A stretch of 63,366 nucleotides of DNA, counting the filler, from Ministeria vibrans ATCC 50519 (lineage: Eukaryota; Protista; Filasterea), in NCBI GenBank assembly GCA_943704425.1. It is 5 parts of 5 records of this genome, joined end to end, with 100 filler letters (N's around TTAATTAATTAA, not from the genome) between each part and the next. Parts side by side here need not be neighbours in the genome. Positions count along the whole stretch, not along the records: positions 1 to 15,063 come from CALSCP010002196.1; positions 15,164 to 44,689 come from CALSCP010001236.1; 3 more parts are not named here. One strand, 5' to 3'. This document shows, in pieces, positions 10,801 through 24,300 of this stretch; position 1 is the stretch's first letter, and each line of letters begins with the position of its first letter. The translations under genes were made by a program, and so were the position numbers. Below the pieces are notes generated by a model, which worked only from the letters and a program-made list of their open reading frames with translations, was not told the DNA's origin and did no database searches.

Positions 10801-13800
10801 AGAAGAGAACGAGATGCGCCACTACCTGGTATCTATAGCGCGCCTCATGCCCTACATGAAAATGCTCAACCTCGAAGTGCACGTGTGGTTTGATTCGGCC
10901 TTTGAGAAACCCGACATCGAGTTGGTGTCGGGCCCTGGCTCGGCGCGCCGCTCCGCTCGTCACGACAAGCTCAAGGCGAACAAGTTTGTCGAGCAGTTTG
11001 TGCGAGTCGCTATTTCCGAGCTCTCCATTATCACCGCCGACATTTTCACGACGCCATACGGTCAACTGATCAAGTACACCATGGCAAACGGATGCCCATT
11101 GCACTTGCACCTGAAGGAAACGTCACATCTGGTGCACAACAAAAAGCGTTGGTCGCAAGTGCTCTACATGCGTTATGTGCTCTGGCGAGTGAATCGTGAC
11201 GTGTTGCTTGATCCCGCTTCGGCTTTTATTCTTACGACGGACGGCGATGTGACCTTTGAAGTGGACTCCATTCGCGCCCTGCTTGATCTTATCAACTCTA
11301 ACGAGCAGATTGGCGCCGTCTGCTGTCGCGTCCTTCCCGAAGGCGACGGCGTCATTGCTGGCTATCAGCGCTTCGAGTATGCCATTGGTCACTGGTTTCT
11401 TAAGTCGGCCGAGCACGTAAGAAAACAGCCACAATGGTTTATTTTGTTTTTCCCTCTTTCACATGGCTTGTTTTATTCATCCAGCCATCTTATACATTCA
11501 ACTGTCTTATAAATTATCATTTTCACTGTATCTATCCCTAATACTTACTCTCCGTTTTTGTATCGCTTTTCTTTTTAGGTGCTGGGCTCAGTGATGTGCT
11601 GTCCAGGGTGCTTTTCAATGTTTCGCGTGTGTGCAATCGATGGAGACGTGCTTGCCCAGTATGGTCGTCCGACTGACTCGTCGTCCTTCTTCTTGCGCAT
11701 GGACCAGGGCGAGGATCGCTCGCTGTGCACTCTCATTGCCAAGGAAGGTTGGACATTGCAGTACTGTGCGGCCGCCGACTGCCACACATTCTGTCCGACG
11801 TCACTCGATGCCTTCTTTGATCAGCGTCGGCGTTGGATCACGTCGACGCTCATTAACATTTGGGACTTTATTGTGTGCTGGCGGACGCTCACGGCGCGCA
11901 ACGTGAGCGTCTCGTGGCTCTTCATTGTGTACGAGGTCCTCATGCTTGTCTCGTCACTCCTCAGTCCCGGCATGGTCATCCTCCTCATCTCGGGTGGTTT
12001 GCGCTACGCTTTTGTTGGCATCAATCTACCCGCCATCCTCTCGATTCTCTGCATTCTTCCCTTTCTCTATGGTCTCGTGTGCCTCTTTGCCAAGCCGACG
12101 TGGGTCAGTCGTGTCACTCTCGCTTTGACCATCTTCTACACGTTTGCCATGGTTGCCACCACCATTGGAGTCATTGCGCAGATGAAAGACGAACCGCTGG
12201 GTGTTCAGTCTCTCTATGTTTATCTCATTTCGGGCATGTTTGTGGTCGCAGCTGTTTTGCACCCGCGTGAGTTTTTTGATCTTATCTGGGGTATCATTTA
12301 CCTCCTGGCGCTGCCCACTGCCTACCTCTTGCTTGTTATATATTCCATTTGCAACTTGCACAAGACGTCGTGGGGCACACGCGACGCGACCGAGTCAGGG
12401 AACAAGTCGGAAAAGTCGGAAAAGTCAAACGCTCTGGCAAATGGCAGCGGTCGAAAGTCGAAGAAGGATCACCATGCTGGCCATGGGAAGCGACATCGCA
12501 AACGACGCAGCGGACGGAGCCATAGCGCGGGGTATGGGCGACGAACGCGTACGGTGGAGAGCGGTGGCCTCTTTTGTGACATGGGTTGCTGTACCTTTCG
12601 CATGTGTCACGATCAGCAGTACAGGCAGATTCCGGTAGACGACGACACCGACGACGAGTACAGCAGCAGTGGCAGTAGCAGTGATGATGAGGGCAGTGCA
12701 GTCATGAATCGAGGTGACCCTGACACGGCATCTCGACACGTCGGTATCAATGGCTCGAATGGCCACGTCGGCATCAATGGCTCGAATGGCTACGCCGCCC
12801 AGGTTGCCCCTGTGGTGACCTCGTCGTCCACCGCTGTGGACATGTTTTTTAATGATCATGGTGGCTCGGCCCTGCCGTCAATGCCCGCACATGGTACAGG
12901 TACAACCACGTCAAGTGACGCTGACGAGCAGTTCCGTCCACATGATGCCTCACGCGCGCACGCGATGCGCCCACACAGCACTGGTGTTCCTGCGAGCATT
13001 GTGGAGGTGGCGGAGACGAGTCATGAACATGACGAACGAGCTTGCGATGGAGATGGACAGGATGATCTGGATATGGACGAGGTCGATGCGGATGAGGACC
13101 ATGACTTTGAGTCGGTGACGGGCCAGGTAGAGATGATTTCGGTCACGTCGACGTGGGACCCGGCGGCCGAGGTGCACGAAATTGAGTACACCCGACGTCA
13201 TATGGACAGGGTGGACCGTGAACACATGCGTGGAGTGTGCCAACGGATGCGGCCGGGTCGCGACAAGATTGCACCCGAGGCGTTACACTTGCAGCTGGTA
13301 GACATGCGTGTGAACGCGGTGCTGTCGTTGTTCATTCTTAACATGATCTGGGTGATTATGATCCAGGTGTTTGAAGATGAGGTACAGCTGAGGGTGCTCA
13401 ATTCCGACGTGGCCGGTCTTTTCTACCTCTTGCTCTTCTCCGTCATTCTTGTCCTGCAATTCCTCTGCCTGCTTTTTCATCGACTGGGCACTCTTTTGCA
13501 CATTTTTGCCACGTTGCCCTTCTCGCGCGAACGATCGCGTCACGAGTCTCTGGCACCACGTCCGTCCCTGGGTGATGACGTGTGGCCACCACGCGAGCGT
13601 CGTGTTGTGCGTGCTAACGACATTCCCAGCCTCAACGCGCCGGCGAGACGCTCTCAATCGCTCAAATATAAACTTCCTTCTGTGACACAGGCGGTCCGAA
13701 CTCCCGAGCCAGGTGTGGTGGAGCAACCACCAACTCAAGAGCAGTTTCAAGACGACGACGACGACGAGCTGCTGATCCCAAACAGCGCTTTTGATACGCC

Positions 13801-14011
13801 CCTCTCGATGTCCACGGACCATTTTAGTTCTGGTATGAACGTGTCGGACGATGACCCGATGATTCAGTTGGACGATGAACAGAATCAAGTGACCACCGGT
13901 TGGGCGTTAGGGATGGAGGTGGAGGACGAGGAGGAGGAGGAGGATGAGGAGGAGGAGGATGAGGAGGAGGACGAGGACGAGGACAAGGATGATGATAATG
14001 TTGATGAGTAG
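4836..14011 (+). CDS. CHS: Chitin synthase, animal-type (GT2); exons 4836-4940, 5002-5301, 9506-11416, 11579-14011 (~1580 aa)
   Basis: Motifs KKRWSQV, TDGD, YQRFEYAIGHWFLKSAEHVLGSVMCCPGCFS, DQGEDR, QRRRW and SWGTRD. Multi-TM N-terminus. The phase-0 donor at 5302 joins the acceptor at 9505 in frame (DTFSILY|SLFTAAAETAG). The 5' exon assignment is less certain than the core. Confidence 0.9.
6076..9299 (+). CDS. M1 family zinc aminopeptidase with C-terminal HEAT-like repeats; 7 exons
   Basis: ARYWLPCVDEP, GAMES (7097-7111), HELAH-x18-E (7300-7371), LYDGGSTRLHQLR and FFNEWIY. Helical repeats in the C-terminus. Last exon 9225-9299. Confidence 0.9.
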
Positions 14012-14197
14012 TTACACATTAGAATATAATTAAATCATTATAATATAATAATTATTATTATATTTTTACAATAATAATAAGTTTTTATTCAAGAAGTCGC
14101 GCAGAAGCTAATTAATCATTGTTATTAATAATAATAATAATAATAATAAAAATAATTATTATTATTAATTTTATTAGTATTATTATTACCGTTTGCG

Positions 14198-15063
14198 ATG
14201 CGACTTCCTCTTACCTTCGCCTGCCTTCACCTTGCCTGGTTGGTGTCCGTCTCCCTCGCGGTGGTCGCCCCCGAACCGATCGCCCCGGCCCCCAGCGTGG
14301 CCATCCGGCGGGGCGCCAACGACAGCGTTACAGTGATCGCGGACGAGTTGGTCGTGCGCGATCTCGCGGCGTCCTCTGTCGCCTCCGCAGGCCTCGGCAG
14401 TGCGTCGCTCCGTCTCGGCGCCACCTACTTGAACGAGACGCTTCTATTAAGTCTCCTCGAAGCGGCGCAGTCGGTAATGATAAGAGGGAGAACGAACAGT
14501 TAACGACAAACCGAAGAAAAAAAGTAACAATTTTCGCTTGTGGTAGATTGTTGCACTCGAACGAGAAGTAACTGCGCTGCAGAACCAACTGGATAGTTGC
14601 TCGGCATGCCGTGTCCCCGTGCCCACGTTCACATCGCACTGGCAGACAACGGCGCCGGACGAAATCATTGTGTTGCCGCTGACTTCCGACGGCGTCTACA
14701 ACTTTGAGGTGGTCTGGGGCGACGGGAGCGCCCCAGAGCGAGTTACGACACGCCTGGCGAACCACACGTATGCCACGGCAGGGGTGTATCGGGTTGACAT
14801 CACGGGAACCATTGAAGGATTCGCCATGCTGTCGAGCAGCCCAAGTGCTTCCAAAGTGCGCCACTCTTATGATCTTATGTGCTCTCTCTCTTCTGAGTCT
14901 TCTCTTTTTTCCTCTCCAGCTGACGCTCATTTCGTCTTGGGGACCACTGCGACTCGGCAACAGGGGACATTACTTTCGAGGGGCGACCAAGCTGCGCATT
15001 AACGCGACAGATGCGCCTGATCTGTCGGGCACGACCAACATGCAGTTTGCGTTCTACCTCACA
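14198..15063 (+). CDS. Secreted BspA/DUF285-type surface protein with a PKD-like domain; 3' end lost in gap
   Basis: Signal peptide; exons 14198-14473, 14583-14855, 14920-15063; motifs FTSHWQT, YNFEVVWGDG, HTYATAGVYRVDITG, SWGPLRL, ATDAPDLSGTTNM. Confidence 0.75.
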
Positions 15064-15163
15064 NNNNNNNNNNNNNNNNNNNNNNNNNNNNNNNNNNNNN
15101 NNNNNNNTTAATTAATTAANNNNNNNNNNNNNNNNNNNNNNNNNNNNNNNNNNNNNNNNNNNN
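15064..15163. other. Assembly linker (N44-TTAATTAATTAA-N44)
   Basis: Six-frame stop 12-mer embedded in Ns, 100 bp total. Confidence 0.97.
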
Positions 15164-15589
15164 ACAGACTCTCTGGTAAAATCCCTAACAATTTTAACAT
15201 GTCGCAAAAAAAAACAATCCATCCCACACTCAAATCGAGCTCTGCCAACACACCCTTCTCCTGAATCCTGTCGAGGCTATCTCCACGTAGCTTGCACAAG
15301 TGATCCTGTGCAAGACAGGGCGCTGCAACCGTCTGATTTGAGCGTTCACGTGTGTCTCGTGTGAAGCGTGTGACTCGACGTGTTTGCGCCGTCTACCCAT
15401 CGTGCTGCATTGTTGACCTTGTGCATACTCCCACCCACGCGTCTATCACGTTGCTATCGCCACGATTGCAAGTCTTTATCGATCATAGAGTCCAATGTCA
15501 CAGGGAAAAAAAAAAAAAAAAATACGTCTAGAAACGGACTGTTTTCTGATCGCCATCATGATCAACCTCATCGTTGTGCGCGCTGGTGA

Positions 15590-17121
<1,532 letters not shown>

Positions 17122-18344
17122 ACGAAACCCGTTTCTGTGTCATCATAATACAAAAGAACAAGATTTTAATAATAATTTTATTAGTCCCAGGTTTTTCAGC
17201 AGTCATAGCAATGAAACTTGAAGGACATCATTCAACAAAGGTGAAAGAGTATTTAGTGTCACTACTTGATATGAAGAAAGGCTTATTTAAGACAATCCAT
17301 TCTGTAATCACTAATCAGTAATCAGCCATAAACTCATAATTGTTGACTGTTCGCAAAATCCTCTGGATTCACGTGATTTGTCATATACGATAAGAAAGAT
17401 AATCAAATCTACTGATGATTTTTAATTACCTGTTTGTTTCAGACTTTCAGTTTTATCAGTCATAAATCAAAATTGTCGATAAATCCTCCGGATTCACGTA
17501 ATTAGTTAGCTGACGTCGTGTCTTCGAGCTTCTCATTCGTCATCCCAGCTATCTCTGCGACGCTCCCCCTCGCTCCTTCGGTATGTCTTTTGCGGTCAAC
17601 TCACGCTTACCCTCAACTCTCCCGCACATCCACTATTGCCTCGCTCTGTGTCATTCTCCACCTACATCCCGCAAGAACCATCTCCCACATGCGCTTTTAT
17701 GCCTTGGCGGTCACGATTCATCGTCCTCCCGCCTTCATCTCTTAAATTTTTCTTTTCTTCTCCCAAACACACATCCAAACACAAACCTGAAAACCGCCCC
17801 TGGTGCTGCACGATGCCCCCCAGCGCGTGTTTGGGAGTGTACAGCTGTACACTACACTCTCCCCTTCTCAACAGCCGTATCGCTGTTCGTAACACACTTA
17901 AATTTCCCATAGCGTCTTTTATGTTTTATTTTTTTTGTGACTCGTCTGTAACCGCAACATGTACAAAAACGGCATTTGCATCTCTCTCTCGCAACATCGG
18001 CGCCTCTCCTCGATATGGCCACCTTCCAGCTTCCTGCAGCCCGCTGGCTCGCATGTAACTGTCAGCACTAGCTCCCGCGGGAGTTGTTTGAAACGCAAAC
18101 CAGCGTGATAAACACTCTCGATCATCTGCTCTCTCGTCGTCGCCCTTTGCATTTCTACTTCTCTGCCGAGCCCTACCCACTCAGTGTATATGCAGTGCTG
18201 CCATGGCATTCGCCGATTCCCCCGCATGGTCACCTGCAAGCGTTTTTTTCAACGATGGTTTTTGTAGTTTGTCTCTCACTTTGTTTTTCTTTCTCTCTCT
18301 CTGTTTCTTTCTGCTCTAGATTTGATTTGCACTTGAACATTGTG

Positions 18345-21300
18345 ATGAAACTGGCAACAATGCCTTCGATGGGCGTCTCAGTGATGGTCGCCCTTGTCGC
18401 CGCGGTCGTTTTCGTTGGCCCTGCTCAGGCGTGTACCACAGCGGGATGTGACAATGGTGGTACATGCTCCGTTACGTACACTCAAAAGCGGTCTACCGAT
18501 GCCCCGGTCGCCACTAAGACACTCGTCTTCACCAATGTCCCCCTGGCACCCCTCGTACTGGATATCGAATCCATTGCTGATTACAGTACGACGACCGAGC
18601 ACGTCACCCTCAGCGCCCCTGGCTACTCGCAGATATTCTTCCAAACGGGCTCGGATTGCTCAGTCGTCACCGATTCGACAACTCTTACGCTCGCTCAGGT
18701 ACTTGACGAAGCGATAAACCATCTAAGCTATTTCTAATCATTTTTTTTTTGTTGTTCATGTGTTTCTCATTTCCTAGGTCACCGCCATGCGCAGTAGTGC
18801 TGGATCAATTACTTTCACAGCAACGTTCTCCGCGAATGTGCAAGATTTCTGTCCCGGATCCTACATGGACGTGACGCTTTTCGCGGCAACTTGTCTGTGT
18901 ACCACCGGATTTGGCGGTGCCGATTGCTCCACTTATACGGGCTGCGACTCGAGCCCTTGCCAAAATCAGGGTACGTGTAACTCCGTCGCCAACCAGCAGA
19001 TCACCCGCGTCGATGCATACTACACCTCTGCGGGCTCGACTTTTACCTTCACCGCCCCTTATGTGGGCACCAGTGCCGCAACAATCACGGTCACCTCCAA
19101 CGCCGATCTAGGCATTGCCTCTGAAACATTCACTCTCACTGGTGCCGGTGGCTTCTCTTCCGTGTTTTACTCTTCCACCACTTCGGGTTACTCTGATTGC
19201 GGGACAAATATCGAATCGAAAACACTGACAGCTTCTCAGGTAAAATATCAGTACAACACAAGAGGAAAAACAATAATAGTAATACGTCTTTTTCGTTTCA
19301 AAATAGATGGCCTCCATAATTGTGAATGGGCAAATTAGTCTTACGGGGAAATTCTCATCGGCTGTGAACCAAGGCATCTGTACAAACCCCACTGTAACCG
19401 TCAAAATCGAACAGACGCCGGATGCGCTGTGTACCTGTCCTCCCGGCATCCAGGGTGACTTTTGCGAAATTGCGGGTGTCTGCTCGTCGCAACCATGCCA
19501 GAACGGCGCCACCTGCTCATTCACTGCCTCATCTTGGTCGTGTGACTGCCCTGTCGGCTTCACTGGCACAAATTGTGAGACGGACATCGACGAGTGCGCT
19601 TCATCGCCCTGCGCTCATGGCGCTACCTGTACCGACCTGACTGGCCAGTTTTCCTGTGCCTGCATCATTGGCTACACCGGAAACCGCTGTGAGATTGACA
19701 TTGACGAGTGCGCTTCGTCGCCTTGCAGCGCTGGCAGCACCTGCAACAATCACGTCTCCTTTTACAATTGCACGTGTTTACCAGGGGGCACAGGCAGCCA
19801 GTGCGAAACCTTTGACGAATGCTTCTCGTCGCCTTGCTCCAACGGTGGCACTTGCGACACCACATGGAGCTCGCCCGTGATCTCTCGTGCCCAAGTTTAC
19901 GAGCCCACAGTTCTCACGTTCACTTTCACCAACGTACCGCTCGGCCTCAGCCTAACCCTCGAAGCCGAGACCATGGCTGATTTTGGGGCGACATCCGAAT
20001 ACGCCACCATAAACTCAGTGCCGACCAATGCCGGTGCCACCAAAAACATGTTCGCGGTCGGTGCCAGTGATTGTGCCTTGATGAGTGACTCCATGGTGAT
20101 TTCAGCAGCGACGCTCGCCCAAATTCGCAGCTCCACCGGCACCGTGGTCTTCCGCGTCACGTTCCCGACTTCGGTCGACAACATTTGCAATGGTGTAGGT
20201 CAAGACTACCTCACGCTTCAACTCAAGGCATCGGATGACGTCTACGCTTGCACCTGTCCCTCCGAGTATTTTGGAAGCCAATGCGAGACGTTTCTTGGCG
20301 AGTGTGCGTCGCTTCGGTGCGAAAATGGAGCTACCTGCGTCGAGGACGGCAACCAACTGTTCACCAATTGCGTGTGCGCCTCCGGCTTCACCGGTGCCAA
20401 CTGTTCCGTCAACATTGACGACTGCACTTCGTCGCCTTGCAACTTTAATGGCACGTGCGTTGACGGTGTCGACTCGTACACTTGCAGTTGTCCCAGCGGC
20501 ACAACGGGTGCCCACTGTGAGACCGATTTTGACGAGTGCGCCTCCAATCCCTGCCATGCCGCCTCCACCTGTGTCGACGGCATCGGCTCGTTCTCTTGCA
20601 CGTGTCCCTTCGGTTCCACAGGTACCACCTGCACAGAGGTCGACTATTGTGCCTCTTCTCCTTGCTCAAACAGCGGCTCATGCGCTGTGCCATCCTCGTC
20701 ACCCGCTGTTGTCACCATCCCGGGCGCCAACGTTCAATTCAATGCTAACACTTTCACACGAACGGTCACCGGCCTCTTCCCCAACACGCCGTACACACTC
20801 GAAGTTCAAACCGAAATGGATGTCAGTAAGTAGACACCAAACTTTACGCCCCAGATGTAATTGATATTTTTGTATTTTTTTTTTCAGGCTGGCAAACAAC
20901 CCAGTTCATCACGTTTGCATCTAGCGGTGCCTCGCCTGCCTACTCGCACAATTTTTTTGTCTCCAATGCATTCGCCGACTGTTCGTTGCGTACCGAGTCC
21001 CAGACTCTCTCGATTGCACAGATGAGCTCGCTGATGGCCGGCTCGATGACCGAAGCGACACTTTACCTTACCGTTTCCCCCCCTGTTGATGGTAACTGGT
21101 GCACCACTACACAAAACACCATCACAATCACCATGACACCGACAGTCGTGGCCGGTTATGCCTGTACGTGTCTGCCCGTCTACGACGGGCTTCATTGCGA
21201 AACGTTTCTTGGCGAGTGTGCTTCCCAGCCTTGTCAGAACAACGGTAACTGTATCGAGGACGTCAACCGTCTGTTTGACTCGTGCAGCTGCCCTATCGGC

Positions 21301-24300
21301 TTTCTCGGCACCCACTGTGAGACGGACGTGAACGAGTGCTCTTCGTCGCCCTGCATGAACGGAGCAACCTGCCTCGACCAGGCTGGACAGCACAAGTGCA
21401 GCTGTGTCCCTGGGTACACTGGCATTTTCTGTGAGACGGACATTGACGAGTGTGCATCGTCGCCGTGCCAGAACGGTGGGATCTGTGCCGAGGGAATCAA
21501 CCACTTCACCTGCACTTGTCCTCTCGGTGGCAGCGGCTCTCTTTGCCAGTACTTTGACGAGTGTGGCTCGAGCCCGTGCCAGAACGGCGCCACCTGCACT
21601 GACGCGTACCAGCACACCGTGACCGAGGTGGATGTCCCTTACACTGGCAAGACTTTCCATTTTGTGTTTCCGGCCGTCCCGCAAGAATCTATGACGCTCG
21701 AGCTCTCTGCCATTGGTGACTTTGGGCTTGATTCCGAATACGTCATTCTCGATGTGGTGCCCGCCAATGCCGCCAGTAGCCTGCCGCAGAATATCTTTGA
21801 TCTTACGTCAAGCGACTGTCTCTTTATGTCTCACACCCTCGTGTTCACCAGAGATCAAGTAATTGCGATGACCAACAGTGCGGGCAACATTGCTCTCAAG
21901 ACGACGTTCTCCACGGCAGTCAACTTTGACTGCTCCAACCAACAAGACTATGTTAAGCTTGAGATGTACAACACCCCCGTGCCCGGCAGCAGCGGCAATC
22001 GTTGCACTTGCCCCTTTGGCTACACCGGTGAGCTTTGCGAGACGTTCCTTGGCGAATGTGTCTCCGCACCCTGTCTGAACAACGGCACATGTACCTTTGA
22101 GAGCGTCAGCGGCAACTTCACCGGCTGCACGTGCCCAACAGGCCTTGCTGGCTCATTCTGCGAGTCAAACGTGGACGAGTGCGCCTCATCTCCCTGCTCG
22201 AATGGGGCCACTTGCCTCGAGTCAGCCTCTGAACTGGACCTGTATGCGTGCGCTTGTGCGCTCGGCTACACCGGCGTCTTATGCGAGACCGAACTCGACG
22301 AGTGTCTCTCGTCACCCTGCTCCAATGGCGGCACGTGCACTGACGCGGTCGCCGGCTACACGTGTGCCTGCCCCGCTGGTGTGACTGGCGTCGTCTGTCA
22401 GATTTACGATGAGTGCGTGTCGTCACCCTGCTCCAACGGTGGTGTGTGCTCGTCGACAAGCGGCTATTCGTACACCGCACCGCGCCAGTACAACTCGTAT
22501 GGCTCTAATGTGCAAACATTTTTGTTTACGCACATTCCTCCCATTACACCCGCTACATTTGTCATTTCCGTGGAGGTGACGAGCACCGCGTCGCTCAAGG
22601 ACGCCGGCGAGTACATCACCATTACTGGCCCCAACAATTTCACGGTTGACGTGTTCGCCATTGCTAGCACCAAACCCGATTGTTCCGTGCGCACCCAGTC
22701 GCTGCAGATTCCCATCGATGACTTCAAGGCGATGCTTGCCGGTGGCGACTCTGTTTCGTTTAACATCTCGTACACGGGCGTTGCCAATGACGGCCCCTGT
22801 GCGCCCTACACCACCATGAAGCTGCTCGTGGTGCAGCCCGATGTGTATGCGTGTGCCTGTCCCGCAGGCTTCACCGGCCTCCAGTGCGGTGTCGACATTG
22901 ACGAGTGTGGCTCGTCGCCCTGTGAGGGAGTCCACAATCAGTGCACCGACGGCATCGCGTCGTACCAGTGCAATTGTGATATTGGCTACACCGGCTCGAC
23001 TTGCGAGACGAACATTGACGAGTGTGCCTCGTCGCCCTGCTCCAATGGTGCAACCTGCAACGACGCAGTCGATGGTTACTCATGCACATGCGCCAGTGGC
23101 TTTGTTGGCGATCACTGTGGCTCTGAGGTGATTGAGTGTGCCTCGTCGCCCTGCTCCAACGGTGCAACCTGTGTCGATGAAGTCGATGGATTCACTTGCA
23201 CGTGTGCCAGCGGTTTCCTCGGCACACAATGTGAAACGGAGGTCGTTGAGTGTGCATCAAGTCCTTGCTCAAACGGCGCCACGTGTGTCGATGCTGTCGA
23301 CGGCTTCACGTGTGTGTGTGCGGCCGGCTTCACTGCGACCCTATGTGACGTGGACATTGACGAGTGCGCGTCGTCGCCGTGTAGCAATGGGGCTACCTGT
23401 GATAACAACGTGGCCTCGTACGGGTGTACGTGCGCTGCGGGCTTTGCCGGCGCCCAATGTGTGCAAAATGTAAACGAGTGTCTTTCGGATCCCTGCGAAA
23501 ACGGCGCGGCGTGTTCCGACGGTGTCAATAGCTATGCGTGTGGCTGTCTGCCAGGCTACACCGGTGTCCATTGCGAGTCGGAGATTGACGAGTGTGCCTC
23601 GTCGCCGTGCGACCCTGTTGGCGCCAAGCCCTGCATGGATGCTGTCAATGGCTACTCGTGTCCCTGCAACCTTGGCTACACGGGCACACACTGTGAATCG
23701 GAAATCGACGAGTGTGCTTCGTCGCCCTGCACCAACGGTGCCGCCTGTGTCGATGATGTTGACGGATACGCGTGCACATGTGTTTCGGGTTACACCGGTG
23801 TGCACTGTGAGACGGACATTGACGAGTGCCAGTCGACAAGCACGCACGCATGCGACTTGGTGCGCTCACAGTGCTTCAACGAGCCCGGCGCCTACGAATG
23901 TAGCTGCCGAGTGGGCTTTTATGGCGCAGACACCACCAACGCGTACGCCAACTGTACTACGTGTACCAGCATTTCCAAGTGTTTTAGCGGACGCACATCG
24001 TGCTCTACCGCTATGGACAGCACGTGCTCACTATGTTCTATTGGCTACCGCTCTGTCGATCTGACCGGGGGCGAGACGCTGGACGAGTGCGAAAAGCTTG
24101 TGTACAACGACGCGCAGTTGGCACAGATGGTCTCGTTTGCACTGGGCGCCACTCTGAGCACGCTCATGGACAACTTGGCTTTGTTCATCGACATCGTTGT
24201 GCAGCACGTCAACACCTACATGAATGCACAGGCGGCGCTGGGTCGTCGACGCAACACTTGGACCAACGTCAACGCGACCGACGTTGGCGGATTCAGCAGC

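Noticed and set aside
15108-15119. TTAATTAATTAA repeated four times in the window (also 44734, 48316, 58199)
   Set aside because: Always centred in 100-bp N blocks. It is an artificial six-frame-stop linker, and distances across it are unreliable.
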